Shown: positions 10,612 through 21,442, counted from the first letter of the stretch. The stretch: DNA of 64,000 nucleotides from Theionarchaea archaeon (GCA_018992565.1 JACVGW010000003.1:178-64177), one strand, 5' to 3'. The notes: generated by a model from the letters alone, not told the origin. Program-made: numbers and translations.

Positions 10612-11589
10612 CTAGTACACAATTCTTGGATCTAAATAGGCATAGAGAATATCTGCCACCAGGTTTGCCACCAACACCATCAGGGCGATAAACAAGAACG
10701 AAGCCTGGGCCAGTGGATAATCAAAGGTCAGGGTTGCATCCACAATCAATTTACCCAACCCTGGGTACGAAAAGGTGGTTTCCGTGAGAACACCCCCTCC
10801 CACAGACCCGGCAACTGCAATGGCAAAAGCGGTCACCACGGGCAGCATGGCATTACGGGCAGCATGCCTGTCTCTGATTGTTTTCTCCGGTAACCCCTTT
10901 GCTCTGGCTGTCATGATATAGTCTTCTCGGAGCGTCTCCAGCATACTGGTACGCATCACCAGCATGCTCCCTGCAAAGAATGCCAGAGTCAAGACGGACA
11001 ACGGCAGTGCCACATGGTGCAAGACATCTAGCGCCTTGAGCCATATACTCGACGTGGGGTCTGACCAGACATCAGGGCCTTTCAGCCCTCCTAGCGGGAA
11101 TAAACCGAATTTATAGGAAAATATCCACAGCATGATGAGTCCCACCCAGAAAATCGGCATACAATAGAAGAACAGCCCAAAGAGTGTGGACCCAAACTCA
11201 AGCTTTCCTCCCCTCCTCCAGGCAATGATCTTGCCAAGTGTTATTCCCAGACTGTACGAAATGACATAAGACCCTGTCCACAAGAGAAGTGTTGCAGGGA
11301 GCTTCTCCATCACCAGATCGTAAACAGGCCGTGCATAGTAAAACGAACGCCCAAAATTCCCCCTGAAGAAATTCTTAAGATACAAAAGATATTGATACCA
11401 TATTGGCTTATCAAGACCAAACTGAGCTCGAATGATGGCTTTGTGCTCAGGTGTCATTCTGGTATCCAGCATGAAAGCAGTTGGATCTCCAGGCATCATT
11501 CTAAAGAGAATGAACATAATTGTCATAATAATTATCAGGGTTAAGAATATCTGTACTACCCTCTTTACGATGTACTTTTGCATGCTCAC
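10612..11589 (-). CDS. oppB: Oligopeptide ABC transporter permease
   Basis: MPGDP, GLDKP, DYIMTARAKGL, HAARNA. Confidence 0.95.
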   Translation of the reverse strand: MSMQKYIVKRVVQIFLTLIIIMTIMFILFRMMPGDPTAFMLDTRMTPEHKAIIRAQFGLDKPIWYQYLLYLKNFFRGNFGRSFYYARPVYDLVMEKLPATLLLWTGSYVISYSLGITLGKIIAWRRGGKLEFGSTLFGLFFYCMPIFWVGLIMLWIFSYKFGLFPLGGLKGPDVWSDPTSSIWLKALDVLHHVALPLSVLTLAFFAGSMLVMRTSMLETLREDYIMTARAKGLPEKTIRDRHAARNAMLPVVTAFAIAVAGSVGGGVLTETTFSYPGLGKLIVDATLTFDYPLAQASFLFIALMVLVANLVADILYAYLDPRIVY

Positions 11590-11657
11590 GTTATCAACCT
11601 CCTCCTTTCAACTTTTTTGGTTCTGATTGCTGTCAAAAAAAATAAAGAAAAAAAGGG

Positions 11658-13496
11658 TTAATTTCGCCTCTTGAGATAGAACGCGCTACCTCCAATCACT
11701 GCAAGCGCCACAAAGAGCGTTCCGAGACACGTTCCGCCTCCTTCTTCTTCCTCTTCTTCGGCTGCAGGTGTCTCCTCTGGAGCTGCAACAGGTTTGACGT
11801 ACATGATGGAGTCTGCAATTCCGTCAAGCTGATCAAACCAGCCAGAGAAGTGGTCGTTCCTGTAGGCTTCAACGGCCGCAGGAGCAAACAGTGGAATGTA
11901 CGGTACTTCATTCGCCAGGTACTCCTGCAGTTTGAACGCTGCCTGAATCTTCTCTTCCCGTGGTCCACAGGTGACCAGGTCATCAGCCAGTCTGTCAAAC
12001 TCGGGGTTGGAGTACTGAGGAATATTGTAACCATACTCCATGATCTGCGAGGAGTGGAAGAAGTCTCTCAGGTAGTCAGGATAGATGGTCAGAGACCAGC
12101 CCAGAACGAACATGTCGTAGTCACGCTCACCCATAGCCTTCTGGACAATAGTACCAAACGCAGTGGGTTGAGCAGCAACGGGTAGGCCAATCTGTTTCAG
12201 CCATTCCTGAATCAGCATACCGGACATAGCACGCAGTGGGTCGTAATCAGCAGGCGGTGTCAGGATAACAAATGGCTTGATGTACTCTCCCTTGTACTTA
12301 ATGCCTTCTCCAGGGACAACAGCTCCTTCTTCAACAGTGGGCTCCACATCCCAGGAGTAATTTCCTGTCTGCTTGAGGATATCCACTGCTTCCAGGACTC
12401 TGTCTGTCATGGGCTTGCCATAGCCCCACTTGGTGACTTCAGTGTTGTACCACTGACGGTTGCCTGGGGGCACAACAGAGTAGAGAGCTTCACCATAGTT
12501 CTGCAACACTCTCTCCTGGATGAAGTCCCTGTCAACAAGAGTTGCCACAGCCTGTCTGAAAGCCACATCGCTGAAGGGTTCTCTTGCACAGTTGAACGCC
12601 ATGTACCGCATTCCGTTTTCAGGATTGTTGGTTACAGTGACATTGGGATCTGCTAAGAGATCTGACACATATCCGGGCTGAATTGCCCACCATATGTAGT
12701 CAATCTCACCCTTTTTCAGTCCTAGAATAGCAGCATCGGTGGTATCATAAATCCTGTACACGATATAGTCATAGTACGGACCGTGAACCAATTGAGTCCC
12801 ATCATCATACACATGGGTGCGACCGAAGTCGAAGTAGTCGGGGTTCTTCTTACACTTGACATATGAACCTCTCTGCCATTCCATGAAGATGAGTGGCCCA
12901 CAGCTCACCATTTCACCAGGTTCTACTGGCTGGTATTCCTGCAGAGCCTTGGTGGGGCTCTCTGCAGCTCTAAACTCAGCGAGTTTGGGTTCCCAGATGT
13001 GACTGGGTATTGGCAAACTCATGAGAGTTCCTTCAATAAAGGTTACTCTACATTCAGAGAGCACAAAGTGCAGAGTGTAGTCATCAAGAGCCTCCACTGT
13101 GTCGACAAATTCCCAACTGGACAGGTAGCGGCCAATCTGGAACTCCTTGACCATGTTACCAAACAAGGCATAGTCGTGAGCAGTCAGTGGTTTTCCATCA
13201 GACCATGTTGCGTCGTTCCTGAGCTTAACGGTGTACTCAAGCTTGTCAGAGGAAACCTCCGGCACTTCAAGAGCCACATTGGGAACGATCTTGAAGTCAA
13301 TCGGTCTGTATGTTACCAATCCTTCGTAGAAATAGGTCAAAACATTCCAATCCCATACATCCTGGGCCTGGAAAGGATTCATTGTCTTTGGCTCGTCTTG
13401 CATTCCAACGTTGAATGTCACTCCGCCCTGCGAGTGTACCGGTGCCATGCTAGCTACCAAAATTGCTACAATAGCGACTATAAAGAGTCTTTTCAT
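11658..13496 (-). CDS. oppA: Oligopeptide ABC substrate-binding protein (oppA1, canonical domain order) with C-terminal CLG anchor
   Basis: Signal peptide; family-5 SBP motifs (WSDGKPLTAHD, FRQAVATLVDR, YSNPEFD); tail EEEEEEGGGTCLG-TM-KRRN. Confidence 0.92.
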   Translation of the reverse strand: MKRLFIVAIVAILVASMAPVHSQGGVTFNVGMQDEPKTMNPFQAQDVWDWNVLTYFYEGLVTYRPIDFKIVPNVALEVPEVSSDKLEYTVKLRNDATWSDGKPLTAHDYALFGNMVKEFQIGRYLSSWEFVDTVEALDDYTLHFVLSECRVTFIEGTLMSLPIPSHIWEPKLAEFRAAESPTKALQEYQPVEPGEMVSCGPLIFMEWQRGSYVKCKKNPDYFDFGRTHVYDDGTQLVHGPYYDYIVYRIYDTTDAAILGLKKGEIDYIWWAIQPGYVSDLLADPNVTVTNNPENGMRYMAFNCAREPFSDVAFRQAVATLVDRDFIQERVLQNYGEALYSVVPPGNRQWYNTEVTKWGYGKPMTDRVLEAVDILKQTGNYSWDVEPTVEEGAVVPGEGIKYKGEYIKPFVILTPPADYDPLRAMSGMLIQEWLKQIGLPVAAQPTAFGTIVQKAMGERDYDMFVLGWSLTIYPDYLRDFFHSSQIMEYGYNIPQYSNPEFDRLADDLVTCGPREEKIQAAFKLQEYLANEVPYIPLFAPAAVEAYRNDHFSGWFDQLDGIADSIMYVKPVAAPEETPAAEEEEEEGGGTCLGTLFVALAVIGGSAFYLKRRN

Positions 13497-13534
13497 ACAC
13501 GAACCTCCTTTTCTCTTTTGCCGATCGAGTCGGC

Positions 13535-13570
13535 TATTACTCCTAATAGCATCCTACTTATAAAGGTTTC
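13535..13570 (-). promoter_or_regulatory. oppA1 BRE/TATA promoter and degenerate operator
   Basis: Minus-strand GAAACCTTTATAAG at 13557-13570; TATTAC-N5-ATAGCA at 13535-13551. Confidence 0.5.
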
Positions 13571-13859
13571 TGTCAAGGGTCAAAGAGGTCCAGAAGGTAG
13601 CTAAGCAAACATAGAGGATACTCTTCCCTTTTTCTGTCATCCTGAGTCAAAAGTCAACAGAACCACCCTTTTCTGAGCACGACTGTGCACGTATTAATGT
13701 TTTCCCACCATACTCACATGGCGGCGATCCTCTGTCTGCTCATTGTGGCAGAACAAAAGAAAGAGTCCTTTGTCATCCATATCATTCTCTCATGAATCCA
13801 TCTTTACCAGAGACTGCCATCCTCTCCCCGTATTGAACTCCCTGCATAGAGATGAGAAC

Positions 13860-14009
13860 CTAGACCAACAATGAGAATATCACGGCCACAACGAAGAGAA
13901 AGACCAGTACCAGAATGTAGGGGAGAAAAATCTGCCAAAGGGCAATAGTAAAGGCGATGACATCTTTCGTGTCGGCCTTGTACTCCAGGTTATTTTCCAT
14001 GTCTTCCAT
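13860..14009 (-). CDS. Small 49-aa membrane protein, missing from the ORF track
   Basis: MEDMENNLEYKADTKDVIAFTIALWQIFLPYILVLVFLFVVAVIFSLLV; AGGTG SD-like site; directly follows the archaeosortase gene. Confidence 0.65.
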   Translation of the reverse strand: MEDMENNLEYKADTKDVIAFTIALWQIFLPYILVLVFLFVVAVIFSLLV

Positions 14010-14018
14010 TACGTGCAC

Positions 14019-15479
14019 CTACTCCTCATCTGAATAGAGATTTAAAAAGGTTTCTTGTGCCGATTCTGCAAGAAGAGAGAAGTCATTCGCTATTTCAGGG
14101 GACGCCTTGCTGCAAACCTTGAGAGCAACAGCCAGCATGATGAACCCTCCTGCATAAAAGAACACATCATGTGATAGAACAGTGGGCACATTCTCTCTGA
14201 GAAGAACAATCAATATGACCAGCCTCACTATATTCCACGCTGAAATCATGCCGAATCCTGCAAGAGAGAGGAGTACTTTTTCCTTGAAGGACGTGGTAGT
14301 GGCAAAGATCATTCCCACAAGTACTGCAATGAAGAACAGAGAGAGACAGGATTTCTCTATGGAACAGCCCTCCAGAAAGACAAAATCACTCCCTGCCACA
14401 TATGTCGTATAGATTCCACATGCATCAAGAATCCCCTTTGTGATCAAAGCAACTGCCTTCCTGAGCAGAAAATAGTCTGAAATATAGTAGATGATCACAG
14501 AGACTATGGCTGCTTTAACCACGAATGCACTGATTTCGTTGGAGATGAAGAAAAAGTACAATTTTTCCAGCGCATTCTCTTTCCGAGGATATTCACGGGT
14601 CATCAGTTCGTCCAGGAATATGGGCAGCAAAAGAATAAGCGTCATGATGATCACCCAGAAGGGTATGATCACGTTACTTGGTTGACGGATATCACTGTAC
14701 TGCGCCCTCTTGTCCAGGTTCACTTCAAAGATTTCTCTGGTAGACATACCTGTTATGAAATATGTATTATCTTCTCCTGCTGCAATTGCTCTGGGAAGAC
14801 TGTCAGGAGCGTAGTACCATAGAGTGGTCGTCTTGGACCTTGGATTGATGTGGTATACCTTGCGCGAGGTCACTCCTGTAACGATGATCTGACCGTTCTT
14901 GTATGCAATGTCTCCTGCGAAAGGCGTGGGTGATTCAAGAGTCTCCAGGATTTCTCCTGAATCTGGATCATATCGATATAAGAAAGAATTGGGGTAAATG
15001 TTGGCATAGAGATCGGGATACTCTTCAAGCCCAAACACATCCAGAACCCACAGAGACTCACCGTCCCAGGCCAGCCCATAGGGAGTACTGTAGGGGGCCA
15101 CATATGACCCCTCGATGGTCCCGTCCATAGCCACTTTATAGATGGTCCTTCTGGCATAGTCAGCTACCCAGAAGTCCTCCCCATCAAACGTCAATCCAGC
15201 GGCCTCGAAGCAGGGCACCTCTATTGTCCGAATGACCTGCTTCGTGTTCAGATCGTATTCCAGGAGCGCCTTGTCAAGACCTGAGGATATCCAGAGAGAG
15301 CCCTCGAGATAGTACAGCCCATTGGTGGTGTAGGTAGGGCGCTCAAAGATTTCGTCATTCTTGTATCGATTGGGGACAAACTTTTGCCCTTTCCACTCCT
15401 GGTATTCCCTGTTGGCAAAGAGAGCAAATAAGAAAAAGAAGAAAACGGCCACGACCAGTTTCTTGTTGTCGCTTTTCAT
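14019..15479 (-). CDS. Beta-propeller domain fused to an exosortase/archaeosortase-family domain
   Basis: N-terminal TM; GLTFDGEDFWVAD and GLAWDGESLWVLD propeller blades; C-terminal multi-TM domain with Cys (IEKSCLS), Arg (WNIVRL) and His (SHDVFF). Confidence 0.75.
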   Translation of the reverse strand: MKSDNKKLVVAVFFFFLFALFANREYQEWKGQKFVPNRYKNDEIFERPTYTTNGLYYLEGSLWISSGLDKALLEYDLNTKQVIRTIEVPCFEAAGLTFDGEDFWVADYARRTIYKVAMDGTIEGSYVAPYSTPYGLAWDGESLWVLDVFGLEEYPDLYANIYPNSFLYRYDPDSGEILETLESPTPFAGDIAYKNGQIIVTGVTSRKVYHINPRSKTTTLWYYAPDSLPRAIAAGEDNTYFITGMSTREIFEVNLDKRAQYSDIRQPSNVIIPFWVIIMTLILLLPIFLDELMTREYPRKENALEKLYFFFISNEISAFVVKAAIVSVIIYYISDYFLLRKAVALITKGILDACGIYTTYVAGSDFVFLEGCSIEKSCLSLFFIAVLVGMIFATTTSFKEKVLLSLAGFGMISAWNIVRLVILIVLLRENVPTVLSHDVFFYAGGFIMLAVALKVCSKASPEIANDFSLLAESAQETFLNLYSDEE

Positions 15480-16448
15480 TTAGATCAATGGATAGTGACA
15501 GGCCACAAAATGGCCGTCTCCCATATCTCGCAGCTGAGGAATCTCTGTGGCACAATTTTCTTTGGCATATCGACAGCGGGGATGGAACCTGCACCCTTTA
15601 GGCGGATTGGCGGGCGTGGGCACATCGCCTGTAAGGATGATCCTCTTCCTCTTCCTCCGAGGATCTGCTATGGGGGCTGCTGAAAGAAGTGCTTCAGTAT
15701 AGGGATGGTACATCTTCTCGAAGATCTGCTCTTCCTTGCCCATCTCAACGACGACACCCACATACATCACAGCTACCCGATCACTGATGTGCCTGACGAT
15801 GCTCAGATCGTGAGTGATAAACAGCATGGTCAATCCTTCTTCCTTCTGGATGTCAGACAGCAAGTTGAGTATCTTTGATTGAACAGAGACATCCAGTGCA
15901 GAGGTGGGTTCATCTGCCACAATCAACTTGGGCTTGAGGGCAATAGCCCGGGCTATCCCAATTCGCTGTCTCTGTCCTCCAGAGAATTCGTGTGGGTACC
16001 GGTATATGTGGAAGGGCGCCAACCCAACTTCACTCATGAGACGCAGAATGACCTTCTTCTTCTCTCCTGACTTCAGTTCACCATGGATGTCGAAGGGTTC
16101 TCCGATAATATCGTACACTGTCATCCTTGGATCCAGTGATGAGTACGGGTCCTGGTATATCATCTGAGCTTCTTTCCTGAACTCCTTCAGTTCACTGGTC
16201 CCCAGCGTGCTGACGTCTTTTCCTTCAAAGAGGATTTCTCCTGCTGTTGGTTCGATAAGCCTCAAGATAGTCTTTCCCAGTGTCGTCTTTCCACATCCAG
16301 ATTCACCCACAATACCCAGGATCTCTTTAGGCAAGACATCGAAACTCACATTGTCGACTGCCCTGATATCTCCCACCTTTCGCCCGAAGAATCCTGCAGT
16401 AATGGGGAAGTACTTCTCCAGATTCTTAATCTCCATAATTGGGTTCAT
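15480..16448 (-). CDS. oppF: Oligopeptide ABC transporter ATP-binding subunit
   Basis: [33 protein letters not shown]. Confidence 0.95.
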   Translation of the reverse strand: MNPIMEIKNLEKYFPITAGFFGRKVGDIRAVDNVSFDVLPKEILGIVGESGCGKTTLGKTILRLIEPTAGEILFEGKDVSTLGTSELKEFRKEAQMIYQDPYSSLDPRMTVYDIIGEPFDIHGELKSGEKKKVILRLMSEVGLAPFHIYRYPHEFSGGQRQRIGIARAIALKPKLIVADEPTSALDVSVQSKILNLLSDIQKEEGLTMLFITHDLSIVRHISDRVAVMYVGVVVEMGKEEQIFEKMYHPYTEALLSAAPIADPRRKRKRIILTGDVPTPANPPKGCRFHPRCRYAKENCATEIPQLRDMGDGHFVACHYPLI

Positions 16449-17425
16449 AGCTTGGTCCCCTCCCTTCTGTGCCAGCATTCAACATAGTGATCACCAACCC
16501 ACTCTCCTTTTGGTTGTTCTTTTTCGCAGACCTCTGTTGAAAAGTCACACCGAGGGTGGAACCTGCAACCAGATGGAGGATAGATGAGATTCGGGACAAC
16601 ACCCTTGATAACACCCAGCTTCTGCTTCTTCTCTGTCACCCTGGGTACGGCCTCATGAAGTGCTATGGTATAGGGGTGAAGTGGAGCATGGAAAATGGTA
16701 TCAGCATCTCCATATTCAACCAGCCGTCCAGCGTACATCACTCCCACATGATCAGACATCTCAGCAATGACACCCAGGTTGTGGGTGATGAGCAAGACTG
16801 TTGTGCCCAGCTCTTTCCTGAGGTTGTTTATCATATCCAAAACCTGTGCTTGAACTGTCACGTCGAGGTTTGTGGTGGGCTCGTCTGCTATCAGCATCTT
16901 GGGATTACATGAGAGAGCCATTGCAATCATGACTCGCTGCTTCATTCCTCCACTGAACTGATGGGGGTAGTCCTCCACACGAGCCTCAGGGTCAGGAATT
17001 CCCACAAGATCCAGCATTTCTATGGCTTTTTGTCTGGCCTCTTTCTTATCAAGACCCTGGTGAAGTTCAATCACCTCTCTCAACTGGTTGTCCACCGTAA
17101 ATACAGGGTTAAGCGCACTCTGGGGATCCTGGAAAATCATCGATATGTCGTTTCCTCTGATCTGCCTCATATCGCTCTCAGAAAGAGCAAGGAGGTTCAC
17201 ACCTTCAAAGAGTATCTCTCCCTCGATTATTTTCCCAGGAGGATCAGGAACAAGTCTGAGAACGGAAAGGGCAGTGACTGTTTTTCCACAACCAGATTCA
17301 CCCACCAGTCCCAGCGTTTCTCCCTGTTCAATGTGAAGATCGATTCCTTCCAACGCTCTTACTATGCCATCCTCTGTGTAAAAGTAAGTTTTCAGTCCTT
17401 TAATTTCCAGTAGATTATCAGCCAA
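16445..17425 (-). CDS. oppD: Oligopeptide ABC transporter ATP-binding subunit
   Basis: [28 protein letters not shown]. Confidence 0.95.
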   Translation of the reverse strand: MADNLLEIKGLKTYFYTEDGIVRALEGIDLHIEQGETLGLVGESGCGKTVTALSVLRLVPDPPGKIIEGEILFEGVNLLALSESDMRQIRGNDISMIFQDPQSALNPVFTVDNQLREVIELHQGLDKKEARQKAIEMLDLVGIPDPEARVEDYPHQFSGGMKQRVMIAMALSCNPKMLIADEPTTNLDVTVQAQVLDMINNLRKELGTTVLLITHNLGVIAEMSDHVGVMYAGRLVEYGDADTIFHAPLHPYTIALHEAVPRVTEKKQKLGVIKGVVPNLIYPPSGCRFHPRCDFSTEVCEKEQPKGEWVGDHYVECWHRREGTKL

Positions 17426-17429
17426 AATA

Positions 17430-18359
17430 TCACCTTTTCAGTCGAGGATCCAGTGAATCTCTGATTCCATCACCCAGCAGGTTGAATCCCAAGACGGCGA
17501 TGAATATCATGATACCAGGTAGTACTGTAATCCACCAGGCTGTCCTCATGACATCTCTCCCTTCTGCGCATATTCGTCCCCAGGAAGGAATCACAGGATT
17601 TCCGAAGCCCAAGAATGCAACACCTGCTTCAGTCAGAATCGCAGCTGCCATACCGAAGGTTGCTGCTACAATGACAGGTGCAATTGCGTTGGGAAGCATA
17701 TGCCTCAAGATGATTCGGAGGTTGGATGCTCCCAATCCTCGTGCTGCTTCTGTAAACTGCCTTTCTCTGAGGGACAGAATTTCACTCCGTATTAGTCGGG
17801 CATACCCTGTCCAGTTGATGAAAGCGATGGCCAATCCAATCATGATCAGACCGCCTTCAGGATACAGAGTCACCAAAATTACAACTATTGGTATGAAGGG
17901 CAGTGCCAGGAAAATATCCACAAGTCTCATGAGGAATATGTCCAATACTCCTGCGTAGAAAGCAGAGATTGCTCCATAGAGGGTGCCAACTACTCCACCA
18001 ACGCCTACTGCAACAATCCCCACCAGGAGGGATCTCTCAGCACCGTACAGCAGGCGAGAATACAGACATCTTCCCAGAGCATCAGTGCCAAGTGGATATT
18101 GAGGGTTTTCACCTGGAGCAAGATAGCTGTTCATGAGCGAAACAGTATTAGGATCATTCGGTGAAATCTGCGGGGCCAAAACTGCCATGAGCACGACCAC
18201 CAGGAACACTGCCAATCCCACAATACCTGCTTTGTTTCTGATGAAGCGCCGGAGGGTGGTCATGAGTATTCCTGCACTTCGTTCGGCCTCGCGCAACTGC
18301 TGCTCCAGCTCTTTGTCCATTTCAGGTACTTCAGTAGTTTTCTTCTTCTTTTCTGCCAT
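17430..18359 (-). CDS. oppC: Oligopeptide ABC transporter permease
   Basis: PLGTDALGR, FTEAARGLGAS, RHMLPN. Confidence 0.95.
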   Translation of the reverse strand: MAEKKKKTTEVPEMDKELEQQLREAERSAGILMTTLRRFIRNKAGIVGLAVFLVVVLMAVLAPQISPNDPNTVSLMNSYLAPGENPQYPLGTDALGRCLYSRLLYGAERSLLVGIVAVGVGGVVGTLYGAISAFYAGVLDIFLMRLVDIFLALPFIPIVVILVTLYPEGGLIMIGLAIAFINWTGYARLIRSEILSLRERQFTEAARGLGASNLRIILRHMLPNAIAPVIVAATFGMAAAILTEAGVAFLGFGNPVIPSWGRICAEGRDVMRTAWWITVLPGIMIFIAVLGFNLLGDGIRDSLDPRLKR

Positions 18360-18375
18360 TGAAATCACCTATAGA

Positions 18376-19359
18376 CTAGAACTCCACTCTTGGATCAAGC
18401 CACTTGTAGGAAATGTCAATCAAGACATTGGCCACCAGAATAAGGGTTCCCAGTACCACAGTTATTCCTACAATAACGAAATAGTCCCTATGCTGAATTG
18501 CATAAACAAAGTACTTACCCAGGCCGGGCCATGAAAACACGGTTTCTGTTATAGGTGCTCCTCCCAGAGTAAGTGCAATCTGCATACCGGTAACAGTTAT
18601 TACCGGAAGCATTGCATTTCTCAATGCATGTTTGTAGACGACTACTCGTTCCTTGAGTCCTTTAGCCCTGGCTGTCATGATGTAGTCTTCGCGCAGGACA
18701 TTGAGCATTGACGATCGAACCAGCCGCGCATTATACGCAGTGGATGCGAGACCCAGAGTCAATGTGGGCAAAGCCAGATGTTTCAGGTAGTCCAGGTAGT
18801 ATGAGAAATCATGGGGAATGTCCCGTCCCAGAAACACTGTAGAATGGGCGCCTCCGCTGGGAAGCCATCCCAGTATCAGGGCGAACAAGAAGATGTTCAT
18901 CAACCCTAAGAAGAAGATCGGGAACGAAACACCCAGCAACGCTGCTGTCATCACCAGATTATCAGTTTTTGAATACTGCTTAACTGCAGAGACTATTCCC
19001 GCTGGTATAGCAACAGCTATTGAGAAAACCACAGCAAGCAACTGATATGACAGTGTGTTTACAACTCTGGCCCCGATTTCCTCGGAGACATCTCTCCCTG
19101 ATAGGAATGAAGACCCAAGATTCAAGGTTGCAAACTGTTTGAGCCAGTAGAAGTACTGGATATACCACGGTTGATCCAGGCCGTAGATCGATTTTATGTG
19201 TGCCACGTATGCAGGATCAGTGTCGGGCTGCAATGCCAACATGAGATCGACAGCATCCCCTGGCATCAGGTACATTAACATGAACACTATGAAAGAAATT
19301 CCCATCAGCATGGGAATAATCAGTATCACTCTCTTCAAGATGTATTCTCTCATTCCCAT
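18376..19359 (-). CDS. oppB: Oligopeptide ABC transporter permease
   Basis: MPGDA, YGLDQP, DYIMTARAKGL, HALRNA. Confidence 0.95.
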   Translation of the reverse strand: MGMREYILKRVILIIPMLMGISFIVFMLMYLMPGDAVDLMLALQPDTDPAYVAHIKSIYGLDQPWYIQYFYWLKQFATLNLGSSFLSGRDVSEEIGARVVNTLSYQLLAVVFSIAVAIPAGIVSAVKQYSKTDNLVMTAALLGVSFPIFFLGLMNIFLFALILGWLPSGGAHSTVFLGRDIPHDFSYYLDYLKHLALPTLTLGLASTAYNARLVRSSMLNVLREDYIMTARAKGLKERVVVYKHALRNAMLPVITVTGMQIALTLGGAPITETVFSWPGLGKYFVYAIQHRDYFVIVGITVVLGTLILVANVLIDISYKWLDPRVEF

Positions 19360-19476
19360 ATCGCACATCCTCCTTTGTTTTGTCTAAAGAAAGTCTCCTC
19401 ATGTCGGGGCTGTTCTTCTTGTCCTCAGTCGTTTTAACTCTCCCTTCAAAAAAGGGAAAAAGGGAAAAAATTGATC

Positions 19477-21393
19477 TTAGTCCTTTTTCTTTACCATGTA
19501 ACCAATGGCAAGTCCGACGATCAGGGCAACTATTCCAATCACAATGAGTGTCGTTGTAGACGTGCCGGCTCCTGCTTCTCCGCCTTCCACAGTCACTTCC
19601 TTCTCTATGATGTAGAAGCGGTATCCTGCCATGTCCATAAGTTCTCGTGCCTTAGCCAGGTCATATGAATCTGGGGCAACGTTGGTGTTGAACGCCCATG
19701 AGGGAACAGCAACAGGATTCCTTCCGGGTACACCATAGCCACCCAACAGGTTATCAACAATTCCCTGTCTGTCAATACAGTGGGAGATAGCCTGTCTCAC
19801 ATACTTGTTGGCCAGGTATGGGTTGCGGCAGTTGAAGTGCAGGTGCTGGTATCCGAACTGCTCTGACGTCCACAGCTTGACTCCGGGAGTAGCCTCGAGC
19901 TCCTCACCAATGATTGTCAAGTTGTAATAGGTGTCCACAATGTCTGCTTCGCCAGTTTCCAGGGCAACACGGGCTGCCTCTCTCTCAGGTATCAGCTTCA
20001 GTACCAGGAAGTCGCATCCAGCATCTGGGAGACCGTACTTGGCACCCCAGTAGTCGGCATTCTTCTTCAGCTTCCAATACTGATCGGCTTCCCAGGAGTC
20101 AAAGACGAAGGGTCCAGAACCAATAACGGTCTCTCCCCTGTTAACATCAGACTCCATCCAGCCAGTGGCAGCTTCTGCTCCCGTTATGGGGATACTACCG
20201 TAGACGTGCTTTGGCAGAATGTTCACATCACAGTTTCTCAGCCACGCAGCGTGGGGCATTCCCACGAATACTCTCAGCGTGTACTTGTCAATGATCTCTG
20301 ATCCACCATACACATCTCTGAATGTCCCGTATCCCTGGAATGCAGTATCCGGGCTGACACAGGCGTCAAAGGACCACTTGATGTCTTCACTGGTCATTTC
20401 TACGCCATCGTGGAACATGATACCTTCTTTTATCTTGATGTCAAAGTACTCCGGGAATACGACGGGTTCAGCAAGTTTGGAACTCACATTGCACTTCTTG
20501 ACATCAGGTGCAAGAGCTTCAATTGAGGCATCATCCAGCATGCTGGGTGCAAAGACAATGGTAGGCCCTTCTGTTGCAGAGTCAGCCAGTACTGGTGACT
20601 GGTTCAGATTCTCATCGTTCTGCCATAGTGTCTGGAATATTTGCTGGTTGCAGTAGTACCCATACACTGAGTTCCATCTCCATACCAGCATACCCTCGAC
20701 AGCTGCAGGCGTAGCGTATACAATGGTGTCCTTTCCTGGAATTGACCAGGACGCGGCATCATAATTCTGTGTCCACAGTAATCCACTGAACCCATCCAAT
20801 GTGTCCACTGAAGCCCACATGTTGAGTGGAATGTATACAACACAGTAGGGCTTCTCGTCTGCAACAATCTCCTGCCATCTCCACAGGTAATCCTTTCTGG
20901 TTTCCTGATTCAGTTCGACTCGTGCTTTAGCCAGCATCTCGTCGGACTCAGGGCAGTACCAGAATGTAACGTTGTTACCAATTGGTGTCATAGCAGAAGA
21001 GTGGAATATGTCGAATGGGTCAGGGTCTACACCCACAGACCAGCCGAACGAAGAAATATCGAATCCATCTTCAGAATAGGCTTTTCCATAGTAGTTGTTG
21101 AACTCTCTGTTGATCAGGTCACCGAATTCCAGCAACTTGAAGTCAGCCTGAATGCCAATCTTGGGCATCTCAAGGTTAACAGCCTGAGTATACTGCTCTC
21201 TCACTTTGTTACCAATGGGTGCAATTTGCGTAATCGTAAAGAACGGTGGATACTTTGAATAATCCTCAGTAAAAGGCACTTTTGTGATCTGCTGTTCCTG
21301 AGCAATCGCTGTTGTCCCGAATAAAGACAGTACCAAAGAAGTCAAGAGAACAATCGACAGCACCATTGAGACTTTTCTTGTTTTTACATTCAT
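19477..21393 (-). CDS. oppA: Oligopeptide ABC substrate-binding protein (oppA2, circularly permuted) with plain C-terminal TM anchor
   Basis: Family-5 motifs FHDGVEMTSEDIKWS, GSGPF, VRQAISHCIDR; SD AAAGGAGG before ATG 21393. Confidence 0.9.
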   Translation of the reverse strand: MNVKTRKVSMVLSIVLLTSLVLSLFGTTAIAQEQQITKVPFTEDYSKYPPFFTITQIAPIGNKVREQYTQAVNLEMPKIGIQADFKLLEFGDLINREFNNYYGKAYSEDGFDISSFGWSVGVDPDPFDIFHSSAMTPIGNNVTFWYCPESDEMLAKARVELNQETRKDYLWRWQEIVADEKPYCVVYIPLNMWASVDTLDGFSGLLWTQNYDAASWSIPGKDTIVYATPAAVEGMLVWRWNSVYGYYCNQQIFQTLWQNDENLNQSPVLADSATEGPTIVFAPSMLDDASIEALAPDVKKCNVSSKLAEPVVFPEYFDIKIKEGIMFHDGVEMTSEDIKWSFDACVSPDTAFQGYGTFRDVYGGSEIIDKYTLRVFVGMPHAAWLRNCDVNILPKHVYGSIPITGAEAATGWMESDVNRGETVIGSGPFVFDSWEADQYWKLKKNADYWGAKYGLPDAGCDFLVLKLIPEREAARVALETGEADIVDTYYNLTIIGEELEATPGVKLWTSEQFGYQHLHFNCRNPYLANKYVRQAISHCIDRQGIVDNLLGGYGVPGRNPVAVPSWAFNTNVAPDSYDLAKARELMDMAGYRFYIIEKEVTVEGGEAGAGTSTTTLIVIGIVALIVGLAIGYMVKKKD

Positions 21394-21442
21394 ATGTTTT
21401 CTACCTCCTTTGATCGGTATTGTATCCAACTACAGTGAAAGA

